A stretch of DNA of 64,000 bases from Octopus vulgaris (Eukaryota): assembly GCA_951406725.2 (NCBI GenBank), contig OX597820.1, positions 77,500,001-77,564,000 of the forward strand, written 5' to 3'. Under the pieces are notes generated by a model. The model was not told the DNA's origin and did not search any database. It worked only from the letters and a program-made list of their open reading frames with translations. Made by a program: the position numbers and the translations under genes. Shown piece by piece: positions 24,833-40,008 of this stretch (positions are counted from its first letter, which is position 1; each line of letters begins with the position of its first letter).

Positions 24833-26906
24833 GTAAATGGAAACTAATACTAATATTTCTGCGGAAATAGAAAGGATTATAGAGAGATGAGCGAATATTG
24901 ATAGGTAGTTCCATGCTTCTCTGCCAAAATAGCGTAAATGCTACAGCTCAGACAAGTAATAAAAGAAATTAAATATATTAAACGTAAATTGGACGATGGC
25001 GAATAATCCTTTTCATGACGATTTACCACCATTCCGTGCTACTTAACTGAACAATAAAATACTACTTCTGGTTCCATGAGAACTAACCATGTGTTATCGA
25101 GAGGTTTGAATCGAAACGGAATAACAATGATATTGAAATTGCAGCTGTTCATCTTACGTGTTGTGGTGAATCAAACACTTTCTATGTTGGTTTATTACGT
25201 AAGGAGAATTATAACTAACATCTTGTGAAAAGAGATTATGTTCAAGACAGCCCTCAAATATAAGTTTATAATTTATTAAGAGCTAATAATCAATATATTA
25301 CACTTGGTTTTAGCGTATTCTTTAATATAATACTAATAGCTGTTATAGAAAGGAGCTACTACTATTTATTATCTCCAATATATTGTTATTAGTTTACGCT
25401 TATATATTCAGACGTTCGGATTAAAATATTGCAATAAATGAAGTTACGGGATATTTGTGTATTTTCTGAAGCCAATAGACACTTTTTTTCTGAACCTTTT
25501 TTTTATATTCTTATTTCCATTGCGTGCACTTATTCATTTTCCCACATTTGCTGCCTGGAGAATATTCCCAAAGTTTCTAAAATCTACTCGTGTGAGTGTA
25601 TTTAGTGAGGGAAATAGTCCATTATTTAGAAAGGAATTATAAGGAATTTTGCTGGATAAACTGATTTACAGATGGAAACTCACTTATGACATGTCGGTTT
25701 ATTGTAGGAAAAAAAACAATTTAATTATTATAATTTAGTTTACATAAATACAGAAAACAATATAAATTTGGGAAGATTATCTGTAATAGGCAAACCAAAT
25801 ATTCATATTGTTGCAACACTGGAACTAGGTATCAGAACTGAGGAACTACTCCATGTGAAACAAGTGATAGGCATTTGGCAAGTCGATTCCATTTACATTG
25901 TGCCAAAAATATTTTCTTTCATAACATTAAACATATGAAATAATAAGGGACACATTTTGTAGGTGGCTCAGTACATAGGATACATTATATTATACAATTA
26001 TCATCAATTTGCTCAAAACAAATTTCGGAAATGAAGAAATTTTAGTAAGATATAAAATCCTCACAAGAACTTGCAGGTGTTGGTTAAGTCCATGTTTGTC
26101 AAGAAATATTTCAGGCTGGAATTATGAAGAATACTCTATCAAAAGAAAAAAAAAAAAGAAAGAAAATTCGAGAACATTCGACTTTAAGAAACACTAGCCC
26201 ATATAGGGTGGCTTTTAAGATAACTCATGTGGAGGGCTCTTCATTGGGCCTTGAGCCCAATAATGACACCATGCATTGATAACATTAAATTTTATTAAAC
26301 TTGACCAATATTTTTCAAGCAATGAACAATTTTCTTCAAGACATTGATATAATTTGTCGACTTGGAACTTATTGCGAAGCTTCATAATAAACAACATTTT
26401 TTGTCTTCCCATTCGCGGCGGTGATCAGTACAATTTTTTCTACCTAACCTCTTTCTTTCTCTCTTTCTCTTTTTGTTGATTATTTTCAACCATCACCATC
26501 ACCAGTACAAACACAATCGCTAACACAACTGCCATACACAAGCCATTCAGAATTCCGATGCCACCAATATCAACACCTTTGATTTCGCCGCCTTCTCCCC
26601 CACCACCATTACCACTGTCTTTCACACCCCTTACTATCACCGTCATGCTTGATCGCCTAAGCTACAACCACCACCATCATCACCGTCGCCTCTGCTTCTA
26701 TCACAACTACAGCTCATACTATTACTATCACCCCATTACAACCTCAACTATCAATCTACTACCTCACCGTCTCAATGCATAATATTACTCTCACCCCAGC
26801 AAGAAGAGTAGAAGTGTCATTGAATAGTGAGCGAGGGGGTTAACTTTTGGCATTTATTTTTATAGATAAATACACTTTTATTTCTGGTGAATTTAAAACA
26901 ATACAT

Positions 26907-26947
26907 GAACGTGACACTAGGGGGGTACCCCCCCTACTGTCACGTTC
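26907..26947. repeat. GC-rich hairpin palindrome
   Basis: gaacgtgaca-c-tagggggg-ta-cccccccta-c-tgtcacgttc. Confidence 0.85.
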
Positions 26948-27929
26948 TTGTTAGATTGACAGTAGACAACCAGTCTATCGCCCCACCACCGTACATATCT
27001 CTACGAGAGATTTAGAAATTTAATATTTCTTATTAAAACAATACGTTGGGATGAAAACTATCTTTAGGCATTCACAAAATACGTCTTTGGCTTATAATAT
27101 CAAGTACAAATATATGATGACAGAGACAGCGAGTGACGTTGTGGGAAGAAAAATCATTGAGAAATCTGTAAAATAAATCACGAACGATATGTTGGGGGAG
27201 CATAAAAACATGAGAACGTTTTAGCAGAATTTCAACACGATGTAATGTAGACAAATTACAGGTACTCCGGCAAGAAAAGTAATTGTCATGTAGCAGAGAA
27301 AAACAAAGTGGCTATGGGAACGATTTTAAGAGATTAATGGCAGGAATTCTAGCAACAAATTAAAGAGGTATCTTAATTAGGAATGGATTTAATCACCGAA
27401 AATAAACCGGGCGCAAACATTTCAAATGCGGAAATAGAAAAGATTAGGACGAAAAATTAATAAAAAGGTTTTTAGATTCTCTGCTGTACACAACCGCCAG
27501 AATTTTGGAGATCCAACTTGGATGTACGTAAAGGAATTTCAAATGATGATGATTACCAAATGTTACCGGACGCTACAACTGCAGTGATATAACTGAGACA
27601 CGGAAGTGAGTAAAGCCTATTGAGGGTGAATCTCAAGGCCCAGGTAGGTCTTGATATTTCCAGGCTGTGACATAGAACGCCTCTACGCGAAATGAAAACA
27701 AGGGGACAGTCTTAACATCAATCCGAACTGCCTTTCAATGTCGTATCTTGCTCCTTAGGCAACATCTTTTAACCACTAAGTGTCGGAGTGCATCCTCTGA
27801 CCAAGTCACGAGGCAGATGATATCATGAGACTTGGAAAGCAGCCCCTTGACCAGCATCCCTTGTCTGATAATCTCGAATACATGTTCCAAGAAGTCGCAC
27901 CACGCTACAGTAACATATCATCAGATGAA

Positions 27930-28255
27930 AGGATGGTCGTAAAGAACATACATGGATGTGTAAAATAGTAGAAATCAGTTGCCCAGCAGATGTTAACGTA
28001 CAGTTAAAGATCAGTGAAAAAGAAAATACCTACTTTCAACTATTGAGAAATCTACCGTTACTCTACTTATATTACAACTTCAGTTTTTTACCTGTAATTA
28101 TTGGGACATTGAGATATGTAGCACACTGCCTAAGAACTAGTCTTGAGAAATTGGGTTTCTCAAAGCCAAAAAGGACAAAAATGATTCGACGACCACAGAT
28201 CCAAGCCTCCACTGAGCAGTGAACATTTGTAAAACATTCCAGTTTATCATTTAAA
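27930..28255 (+). mobile_element. RLE-domain fragment of a non-LTR retrotransposon (R4/NeSL-like)
   Basis: CKIVEISCPADVNVQLKISEKENTY..LL..L..Y.FSFLPVIIGTL.YV resembles the C-terminal part of a restriction-like endonuclease. Confidence 0.65.
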
Positions 28256-28543
28256 TATAGATGCACATGTCTAGACACGCAGCTATATGCATGAAAATAC
28301 ATGCATAAAACAAAACATACAAATCTGCGCATGCACCGAATACTGCACATGCACATACATGCACACATACATACATACAAAAAAAAAACACACGGTAGAT
28401 GTTCAAATTCCAATGAAGCGACCTTGGATCGAGTTTAGAGACCGGCTCTCTCTGTATTGGCAAGAAATCTTGAGATAAAACTGAATAATAACACAGACAC
28501 AAACACACGAATACACACACACATACACAAAGACACACACACA

Positions 28544-28616
<73 letters not shown>

Positions 28617-29329
28617 GAATGGGATATGTGTGCGTCCTATATTACGTACAATTATATGTAGACACTCACACAAACGCTATATGATATCAAATAATTGTAT
28701 GCCAGATCCATTTTCTCCATCAAATAGATTGTAATGTCAATCAACAGAAATTGTGTATATTTCTATGATTAGGTCTATGCTACAGTCCAATATCCATATT
28801 TTAGCTAATTCAAAGATCACATATAATCAGATATTCATTTACTGTTTTCATTTAAGGCTTTGATCTACATTGTCAATCAACATGAAAACATGAAGAAAGT
28901 TGTATTATAGCCATACCAGAAATTGGCTGGGAACTTTATGTAGAACTGTGTGAAAGATAAATACGACATAAGCTAATTGATATGGAAGGCCCATCTTGTT
29001 ATGAATTTATAGTTGGCAATTTTTACTCATACCTATTAGATGCTAAAATGGCAAACAGCTCAAATTTAACAAAAGATGAATTATCGGATGTAGAAAGAGA
29101 GACACATGCATATGTGCTATGATGCATCACACACGCATACGTTCGTACATACATAGATGCATGTGTATTTACATGCATATAGATACACACTCAGCGACTA
29201 CTTGTACACAACAAACACATGAACACAATTAAAATGAAGCACTTAGTGCGAATAGGCGCCCATACATAGAGAGAGTGACAGACACTCAGAAACGATTAGA
29301 TAAAGAAAGATATTTTGATGCATAAGGAA

Positions 29330-29384
<55 letters not shown>

Positions 29385-29389
29385 CAGAG

Positions 29390-29437
<48 letters not shown>

Positions 29438-29524
29438 TGATTGATATACAGATGGACAGGTAGATAGATAGATAGATAGATAGATAGATATACATATATA
29501 TATATATAAATATAGATTATACAT

Positions 29525-29563
<39 letters not shown>

Positions 29564-32194
29564 CATATAGATACATATATACATACATTTATATTATATA
29601 TTATCCATCATATATTATATATACATACACATATACTTATTCATTTTTCATGTACTCGCAAACTCACACATCCACACACACACGTGCCTCTCTCACACAC
29701 TCACTCTCTCTCTCTCCCCCACACTCTCTATATAAATATAAGTGAACACTTGCATAAATATAGATTTGGAAAGATTGATACTCACATGGACATCGTATGT
29801 ATTATTCCTGGCATTAAATCAAATATTCTGTGTTGACTTAACTAGATAAGGGAAATTCTCTTTCATCAATTTCCAGATATTTCCTAAAAGATCACAAAAT
29901 CGATTGATTTTTACATCAAATAAGCTGACGCACAAATTAGCTCTGGAGCAATTTAAAATATTTACGTTGCAAGTTTTAAAAGCTTTCTGCTTACTTGTCA
30001 GTAAATATGTTCCCTCCAAATACATTTCCGTTATCCATATTTGCCGGAAGCTGAAATATTTCTGACATATTTCCGTATAGTGGTTTGGAATACAAATATG
30101 TATGTCTATAGTCATCAATAACCGATCAAATACATAATTAAAAAATTCTTCTATCTATCTGCCAAATTGGCATTTAAAGATTCTTTGTAAACAATTTTAC
30201 GTGTTACCTATTTTCAAACACACTCTCGAAAATCCAAAATAGTAAACTTTGTATATTATATATACTAATCCTAGCATATATTTAATCCGGGTACATTTTT
30301 GTCGATTTCATGCCCTGACATGTAATTTTGTTGGCCAATAGGGAATAAAATGTACAAAGAACCACAGTGTAAACATGCATTCTATGTCTAACCTTACCTG
30401 GTTTTACTGTTAAATCTACCTCTGTAGTGCTCTGTGTAGTAGGGACGAAGAAACCTTGCTAGTTGTAAAAGTTCATCGTATACACATGTTTACGTCTACC
30501 TGAGCCTTGGAGCACGGTGGCTATAAAACATATAATTAATTATTCTATAAATTACTTTATAAAACAATATGAAAAGCTTAATACAACAAACTATAATACA
30601 AATCTTCATAACTGTTTTCATTTTTTACCTGCTATGTGATTAGGTAGCAGTTAATGAGTGTTTACGTGTTTATGTTCGGAGTTGAAATATATTTATTGTA
30701 AAATTCCTATTGTACACATCCTAGATTGATTGTACTAGTTAAATACTGGAGATTTTATAATAAAAAATAGCTTTCCTCAGAACAGGTGTCTGTTACGCGA
30801 TAAGAAGCGATAAGAAGTCTTATCGAAGTTCTTGAAAACCAAATCTACGAAATGTGACCGTTTCCCTTACTTTTTCTTTTCTTTTCTTTTCCTTAAATGA
30901 CTTCACTAACAAAATACATTATATATGTACACGGTCTGGAAAAAGAACATTATTGGTTTGTGGACATGTATCGAAAAACTAATTTTGATTGCAGGACAAA
31001 TCTAACTTTCAAACGAATCTTTCGAAAAATTGATATCTCCATTTTCCATGGAAGGGTAGCTGATTTCTCTCCCTAGTGGTCATGCTAACAATTTCTTTGG
31101 TGGATTCATCTTAACATTTCTAAAGGCAGGTTCCACTCTGGCCAAAATAAATACAAATTCTTCAAATACCACTTGAAGAGAATGTTCAAGATGTGAATGC
31201 ATTATTGACAGATTGATTTTTGAGTCCTTCGTGTGGCTTCCCTTGAATTATTCGAGATGGTTTTTCCCACTATTGGGGAATGCATCATTTTCTTATATTT
31301 TGTTCCTGTTGAATTTCTAATTTTTATTTCAATATCCTTTAATTTTGCTGACCTGTTTCTTCAATGTAAACACCACTGTATTGTGTTTGTATTTTTCTCC
31401 ATATTGTCATCAGTACTTATTGACGATAAAATAACGAATCCTCCTCCTCCTCCTCCTCCTCCTCCTCCTCCTTCTCTTCATCATCATCATCATCATAATC
31501 AGTTTAGTCAGCATCATTATTATCATCATCATTAAAGCAGCAAGCTGTCAGGATCGTTAGCATGCCGGGAAAAAAGCTTAGTTATGAATTGCTCATAACC
31601 ATATTTCATACACGTCACTGCACTACCGAAAGAAGCGGGAGCATCTTGTGTATTTGCAGTGTCTTGGTTTGGATTCGCAGTGCATAATCGGAAAGCCGAG
31701 AGATATAATTCTGTACTTACCGTTATGCTTATTTACTAGCCCCCTATTTTGAGGTTTGACTTGCTTTCAAATATCCGTTCGCTTTTCCTTATCCTATTCT
31801 ACATATTTTGATCGTTTCGAAAAATATTTTTGGAATATATTCTTGTCTTTGAGTACTGATACTCTTTTAAGAATCCCCGATTCCAATAACTCAATCGATT
31901 AACTTTGATGTCCAGATTTATGTTTATTGTCATATTCGAGATTATTGTGATTTTCGGATTCTCTGATATTTTTCAGATATATTCATATCGATTCTTTGTT
32001 CTCTGTATTTTGGGATGCTGACGTTATTTTTAAAAGGACGTTTTTTAGACACACCTTATTTTGTCGAGTTGTTTATTAATGTTAATCCACAAGTAAATAC
32101 ATATACACATATATACACATACACACATAACCATACAAACGCACGCTTACACACGCACACTTACACACGCATACTTACACACGCACACACATGC

Positions 32195-32259
<65 letters not shown>

Positions 32260-32261
<2 letters not shown>

Positions 32262-32465
32262 GCTGTATCGTAAGACGTTTATTTCCAAACCATATGGTTC
32301 CGGGTTCAGTCGTACTGCGTGGCACCTTCGGCAGATGTATTGTGCTATACTCTCGGCTCGAGGCTTTGTTAGAATACAATTTGCCAAACGTTCTATGCAG
32401 GGGGACTGAACCTGTAACCGTGGGGTTAGAAAACAATCTTCGTACCACACACAGCCACGCCTGCA
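32260..32465. mobile_element. Two fused SINE family A heads in opposite orientation
   Basis: + strand aaccatatggttccgggttcagtc..ctgcgtggcacctt; then the reverse-strand head gggactgaacc..aacc.tg.ggtt..taccacacacagccacgcctgc. Confidence 0.7.
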
Positions 32466-33775
32466 TCTATATATGTGTATGTATGTGCGTAGGCATGTGT
32501 ATGTGCGTGTGCGTTCGCGCGTGTGTATGTGTGTGTGTACATATACATATGTGTTGGCGTCTGTGTGTAAGGATAAGTAGATATCCCAGAACTTATTACG
32601 CGAGTATGTATATTTATGTATCTCTGTGTATTATTGTGTTGTTTGTTACTCTTGTAATTTACTTTTGTAATAATCGATATACGACTACATAGGCCTGAAT
32701 TGATATTATCAATTATTATTAATATATTATTCATTTTGAAGGATACTTCATCTAATGCCACGTAAGATCAATGATATCAAGATGCATTTATCCGGCATGC
32801 CTGAAAACATCATACATCACCATAGTACTGCCTATCTAGAAGAACAATATCCAAGTTTTAAAATGGAACTTTGTTAATATGAGGTAAAGTTTGATGCATA
32901 TCATATGGTAGTGTATAAATTACTTTTTTGGTCTCCCAATCTGTCTGAGCTTAATTTTGTAATCCCTTTAGAGCAAAATCGACCGGAAGTATTATGAAGA
33001 GCCTCCTGACCTACCCATTTTTTATAATCAGATTTCATAATTATTATGTAATTTGAGCTAGATTTTTGACATTGATTAAGAGGCTATATAAAATTTTGGA
33101 CATTGATTAAGTGTCTATATAAAATATTTCCTTTGATGTATCGAATCTCTAAATCTTGTTCTAATTAAACCTATATACACCTAAAAATATAACACGTATA
33201 TATACGATCACAAAAAGATTCGCCTTCAACTCAAAATCCTGGTTACAGGAATTCCAAGCGTTTCATACAATTCTTCTTCATAAAAGAATATAATTTTCCT
33301 TTTACTTTCAGTCTATGAGAAAATGGCCAAAATAAAGAATAAATGACAGAGGTAGTAGTTGCGAATATGTGTGAGGGGAATAATTTTCACAGAAGATAAT
33401 TTGTGGAAAAGAGCACAAGTATTTAAGAGATAATATGGAGCGAGCAAGATAGGTTTGAACGAGAAGAAAAAGTGATTCAGGAATGCAGTGATATTTTTCG
33501 ATTGTGACCGTGCCTACAAAATTACTTTCAGAAATATTCATTAATAGATCTATACACATGTAATAGAACCTCGCAATGCTTATATGTGAGCGTGCATGTG
33601 TTCTTGTGTATATATGTATAAGACTAGAAGTATTATTGCCATTAGGAACCCAACGAGATGTAAAGCAGAATTCCAGAGACAATTGCACAGATGCACACGA
33701 GCAACCGCACAATCATACCTATGAAGGCACTCACTGCACACATATACGCACATATAATTATATTATATTATTATC

Positions 33776-33840
<65 letters not shown>

Positions 33841-34917
33841 GTTTCAAAACTCATCTCGGGTCCTATATTGGTGTATATTGTTACAGGTTTTAATATACTA
33901 CATACTTTTTACATGTATATATGATGTAATTGTGGAGCGCCAAAATTGCATCATTTATATTATCAAATCCGGTTTAAAGAATATTATATTCCAATAAAAT
34001 TGATGTTTACCATTAATCTTTAATATGTCTTTAAAAGTAGACAGAAGAATATCATTTGCTATTTCTCTACTAATAGACATTTTTTTTTCTTATTTTTTAA
34101 ATTTGTCTTCTAATCATGACTGCACAGATTTAGAGGAATGGATCGATGCCAAATTTGAGATAGTGAAATGAAAAAATTTCATTAAATCATTTATGCGTAC
34201 CGCTGCAGGGATTTCACTGCACGATGTCGCCTACGTTTAGCATTTGTTTATCATGAAATTGTCTGTTTTGTTATATATAAACACATTTCACATTATAGTT
34301 TTAAAGAACTTCTATAGACTGTCCATATTTTCGTGCAACTTAAATCTTCCTATCATTTAATATTTTATTGAAGAAAATTGTTTATTACTAATGGTATTTT
34401 AAATTAGTTCACAAAACTCAAGAACAAATGTGAAATTTCTTTGGAAAAGAATTATGTATACGTTCCATAACTAATAGATCAACGTTATACACATTTTGTG
34501 TCAGACTAAAATAGAATTATAGTATGTCAAAGAAAATGGGGAGAATAATATATCTGAAGTATATATTTGCCTCACAGAAAGTTATCTGTGTTTGATAAAA
34601 TATTTTTTTCTTATATATAATTCTACAAAACATTTTCCATCAATTATTAGTCTGTGACGGCCGCCATGTTTCATCCGCTCCCGTAGATTTATGGTGTAAG
34701 AATGAGAGAGAGGTCCAACTTACATGTTGTGGAGTTCATATTGTTATTGTTTCTGAAACGGAATCTTTCGCAAGTCGATTTTCAAGCCATTGTGATCACC
34801 GGAAGATCACAGTTTCTGTTTCCACACACACACACACACACATGCACACAAACCAGCTCGCACGCACATAGTTACAAGCACACACACGTATATATATATA
34901 TATATATTATATATGTT

Positions 34918-34965
<48 letters not shown>

Positions 34966-35851
34966 TATGTACGTTTGGTATGTATATCCATTTCTTTATC
35001 AGTTCATAACTGTGCTTCTGCTCCTCCTAAGCAATAGGTACTAATTGGAGATCCGTCGATGTGTGTGTGTATGCGTTATGTATGTGCGCGTTTCTATGTG
35101 TATGTGTGTGTGTGTGTGTGTGCGTGAGTTTATGTGCGAATACGTGTGGCCTGGTGGTTATGGTGTTGCACCCATATTCGTAAAATATGGGTTTCGATTC
35201 CCAGACTGGAAGAGCGTTTTGTTTTTAAGCAAATAACATCCTTCTTTGTTGCTCCAGTCCAATCAGGTGTAAACGGGGAACCCTGCGACGTGGGGTGAGG
35301 ATGTTGGCCTACTCACGAAACTAGCTGAGAGAAATCATTCGAAATCAACAACAATCTGATCTAATGAATATTTTATCGTTTAATTAATGAAATTACTTCG
35401 ACTGTACAAATATGCAATTTGGGGTACATACTAATATGGTATTCTAATCCCTTATTAGAAGAGGTACTTCGCGTCGCAGGAAGTCTAATCATTCTCCCTT
35501 CATCTAGGGATTGGCCAAACAAACATGAAACGATCCATCATGTGAAGTTATTGTCTCTTTTCGTTTTGGCAATGGGAGTGACCGAATTGTTTCGCAATCT
35601 TAACACAAGCACAATGAAGCATTCTAATATTTTACCTGTTGTACCATGCAGGGTAAAATACGTAGCAACAGTTCCTCCGAGTTTATGTTCTGAGTCCAAA
35701 TTCCACCGTGGTCCACCGAGGTCAACTACGGGGTGGAAAGAAATAAGTACATTTAACTATTAGAGTCGATCTGATCCACTTACCCAACCTACGAGATTAC
35801 TGATCTTGATGCACACACAAACACCCCTCCCCATATATATATATATATATA

Positions 35852-37141
35852 CAGGGTGCGTAAGATATATGAAGAGAGCTTATGTTAATAAAAAACATCT
35901 ATATAATAACAGATAATAACTTTTTGAAAGAATGCTGTGACGATGAAAGTAAACCTTCTTTTCTATAATGTTATTCAATAAAACCACCTTCAGCTTCAAC
36001 GACTGCTTCTATATGAGTTCTCAGTCATTTAAATTCTCGAATCAAGTTGTCTTGGTTCATTGTGACCATTATTCTGACTATGGCAGTTTTCATAGTATAT
36101 TTGGTGTTATGGGCGTGTTCATTGACCTCTTTCTAAAAAACGCTCCCCATGTAATAGCCTAATGGATTGAGACCTGGGGAATTAGGAAACTAAATGTTAG
36201 GCGTTATGTGATCATGAAAAATTTCAGCCATCCATTCCTGTGTTTTAGAGCCACGTGTGATAGCACAGAGTAATTGAAACACATACGACCTTCCATTGCA
36301 TGCACTGTCTATCCAGGGTTTGACAATTACTTGCAGGACGTCAATGTAGGCAGCAGATTTAACTCTAAGGCCTTGAGGAAAGAAGTAAGGCGGTATCACA
36401 TGTCCTTCATTGGTGACGACCCCTAAATCTATGACAGCTGCAGGAACGTTTATATGCATAACACTTGGAACTTCAGAAGGGTCTGTACATTACCATCTGT
36501 CATTTCTTCTGTTAACCTTTTGATCTAGGTGGAAATTTTTCTCGTTTAAGCAAAACGAAATCAAATCTTCTGCTGGATTTTTCAGTTAGTTTAAGAGCAT
36601 TTTAGATTTTCTTTTGCTTTTTAGGACATATTGACATTTCCTCATCATATAAGACTTATATCTGATGTCTTCATGGACAACATTTCTGAATGTTCCTTTT
36701 GACACATGGAGACCTTTTGAAAATGATATTATGGGTTTTCTGGGATTGTAATCAATGGCATGTTAAGCTTGCTGGATAAATTCAGGTGTTTTGATAATTT
36801 CAGGGGGTTACAATACCATTTATACTCTGATACTGGTGATACGTTTCCATCTTCGGTCTCTAGCTCCTTACAAACTTTGTAGAGGAAAGATCTGGCAACT
36901 TTAAAAACTCGCGATATTTCTAAATCACTATATTCAGCCTTTATAAACGCAATAACAGCATGTCTCTTCATTTATTGAGGAAGGAGATGGTCAGATATTA
37001 TTATTTTCTGAAACAAAGATTATACAGATTTAGGTTAGTTGTCACATATTTCAACTACTAAAGGCAAATACACTCCAGTTACCGTGGAGAAGAAGGTCTC
37101 TCTTACGGTAAAACAAGTCTAACTTATGTGAAAACACCCCC
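35852..37141 (-). mobile_element. Decayed Tc1/mariner-superfamily element, DD37D (maT)-like
   Basis: TA|cagggtg left end, caccc right end. MKRHAVIAFIKAEYSDLEISRVFKVARS (HTH), EKNF..DQKVNRRNDRW, GVVTNEGHVIPPYFFPQGLRVKSAAYIDVL..VKPWI..YVFQ, TQEWMAE, PNSP.LNPL.Y. Confidence 0.82.
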
Positions 37142-37302
37142 TTCGTTCAGTGTCTCGGGAGTCAGAGAAATTGATGTTTCGAGTTTGTTGACACTTGTCG
37201 ATCAGATGTACCTCAGAGGGGCAATCCTGAACAAACTGACAATCTTTGTAGCTTTATACAGTCAATGTATAATTCCGTCAATATGGCAGCTGAATTATAT
37301 AT

Positions 37303-38548
37303 ATTGGGATGGCAAGTAAGTTCCCACGGTTTTTTTAATTTTGGAATTAATTGCGTTTTTAAATTTTGGAATCTATGTTTTTCAAGAATTCTAAACTTTG
37401 ATTCATTTTGGAATCTATTTTGTATTTGTTTTCTGGTTAATTTTAGTTAATTTTTGTTTATTTTCAGATCATTAAAATGGAATGTCGTTAAGAAAAACGA
37501 GAGCATTTTCGATACCTCCTTCTTTTTGCTTTTAATGAAGGTTCTAAGGCCGCAAAAGCTGCTCACGACATTTGTGCTGTATACGGAGAGGGTGACATAG
37601 CTGAAAGAACTATTCATGATTGGTATGCCAAGTTCAAAACCGGAAATTTCGACCTCAAAGACACACGTCGTTCTGGCTGTCCAGTTGAGTTCGATGAAGA
37701 GCGATTAAACAAACTTTTGCCCGAAAATTCTCGCCAAACAACAAGGGAACTGACAGAGAAAATGGAATGCTCCCACACTGCTATAGAGAAGCATCTTCAC
37801 TCGATGGCAAAGGTTCAGAAGTAAGGAGCATGTGTTCCGCATGCTTAAAGTGACAACAATAAAAATCAACGAGCCACAATCTCCGCTGGTTTGTTTGCTC
37901 ATCACCGCTCAACTCATGGACACAAGCAACGATTTCTTTACCGAATCGTTACTGGCGACGAACAATGGTGCCTGTATATGAATATGAGGCAGCGTAAGGA
38001 ATGGCTTAGCTTCGGTAAACAAGCGACACCGCGCGTGAAACAAGATCTTCTTCCGCGTAAAATGATGTTGTGCGTATGGTGGGACTGGGAAGGGACTATC
38101 CATTACGAATTGCTTGAACGGAACCAAAGGGTCAACGCGGAACTCTATGTTCAACAGATGGAAGAACTCAACACGGCTATTCAAGAGAAAGACCTAATCG
38201 GCAGCATGTAGTTCTGCTGCACGACAACGCCCGCCCTCATATCGCCAATATGACCAAGGAAGCCATTCAAACGCATGGCTGGGAAGCACTGTCACACCCG
38301 CCGTACTCTGCTGATTTGGCACCAACGGATTCCACCTCTTTCGATCTCTTTCAAATGCTGTGCAGCGAGTTCTCGTTCAATACTGATGCAGAATTAAGAG
38401 CTTGGTTGGATGCATTTTTCGAGTCGAAATCGGGTGATATCTACCAACAAGGTATTGAAGATCTTGTTGAACGTTGGGAAGAAGTTGTAAACAACAAAGG
38501 TGAATACATTATTCATTAATTAGTAGTTATTATTTTTTAGACCTATTA
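37303..38548 (+). mobile_element. Near full-length DD34D mariner relic
   Basis: 5' TIR-like tattggg.tggcaa.taagtt; ATG at 37477; HFR.LLLFAF..AAHDICAVYGEG..WYAKFKTGNFDLKD.RRSG.P, RIVTGDEQW, MLCVWWDWEG, LHDNARPH, HPPYSADLAPTD, RWEEVVNNKGEYI. Stops and frameshifts; 3' TIR mostly lost. Confidence 0.92.
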
Positions 38549-39054
38549 TATATATATATATATAAAGAGAGAGAGAGAGAGAGAGAGAGGTAGACTAACA
38601 GAGATATACCTACATACAGACAGATAGACAGACAGACAGATGGATAGATAGATATAAAGATAGATACATACATACATACATACATACATACATACATACA
38701 TACATACATACATACATACATACATACATACATACATACATACATACATACTGTGTGTGCGTACCTTTATGCGTGAATAGAATACTAGTTTGTCGATATG
38801 TTCTTATATTTATCTATTACTTTCTTACAAGTGTTTCGTTCGACATAAAATCAGTAATATAAAGAAATACTTTTATTCACAGATTATAGCATCGAACCGC
38901 CAGAAGCAACATAAAATACGAAGAGAATGATTCGGACAGCATCATGATGATGGCAACTCGGCTGGTGTGAATGTTATTACATATGTAATGCTTTCGTCGG
39001 CTATGCAGGCTCTGTTGATGATGTCTGATGTTATGACTTTATGAGGTACATATA

Positions 39055-39933
39055 TCATCATCACCGTCATCTTCGTTTAACGGCTGCTTTGCATAGTGGC
39101 ATGAGTTGGATGGTATGACAGAACTCGCAAGCCGGGAGGCTGCACTAGACTGCAGTCTAATCTAAAACTGAATGCCCTTCCTAGTACTTTTCACGTGCCA
39201 ACGGCACGAGAGTCAGTTAGGAAGCACTGACATCGGCCACGCTCGAACTGTACTTCTGCATGCCACTGGCACGGGTGCCAGTCAGGCGGCACTGGTATAG
39301 GCCACGGTCGAATTGTGCTTTATACGTGTCACCTGTATGGATGCCAGTCGGGCGACACTGGCATCGGTTACACTCGAATGGTGTTTTTTACGCCTCACCG
39401 TAACGGTTGACAGTCAGGCGGCACTGTTATCGGACACTACTACGATTTCACTCTGTTCAATAAGTCTTCACAAGCACGCCATGTCGCCTAACGATTGAAG
39501 GGAGTTTAAAGGAGTCAGTTGTGCGACATTGGCATCGGCTACAACTGCAATATCCCTTGGCTCGACAGGTCATCTGAAGCACAATATATCTGCAAATGTT
39601 TCGGTCGCTTGTCATTGCCTCTGTGAGGCCCAACGTTCGAAGGTCGTGCTTCCGACCTCATCAAATGTCGTCTTGGGTCTACCGCTTCCACAGGTTCGCT
39701 TCATTGTTAGGATATGATACATCTTCACACGGCTCTCCACATCCATACTCATCACATGACCATACCATTCCATTCATCTTTGTTGCACACCACACATGAT
39801 GCTTCTTATGTCCAACTTTTCTCACTTACACTCTGTCGTGCATGCAAACTGACAATACACATCCAGAGGAGCATACTAACTTCATTTCTTTCAAGCCTAC
39901 GCATGTCCTTACCAGTCACAACCTATGTTTCAC
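39055..39933 (-). mobile_element. 3' end of an RTE-clade LINE with a repetitive 3' UTR and (GAT)n tail
   Basis: Minus 39620-39930: EKLDIRSIMCGVQQR..WYGHVMSMD..TCGSGRPKTTFDEV. The UTR carries ~60-bp degenerate tandem units (gccagtcaggcggcactggcatcggccac). Confidence 0.78.
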
Positions 39934-39944
39934 TGACATCCTTT

Positions 39945-40008
<64 letters not shown>

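Noticed and set aside
29819-30118. 99-aa minus-strand ORF, including a possible 56-nt exon
   Set aside because: No recognisable domain and a weak polypyrimidine tract.
34659-34690. gccgccATG Kozak- or YY1-like motif
   Set aside because: The ORF stops after six codons and there is no supporting promoter context.
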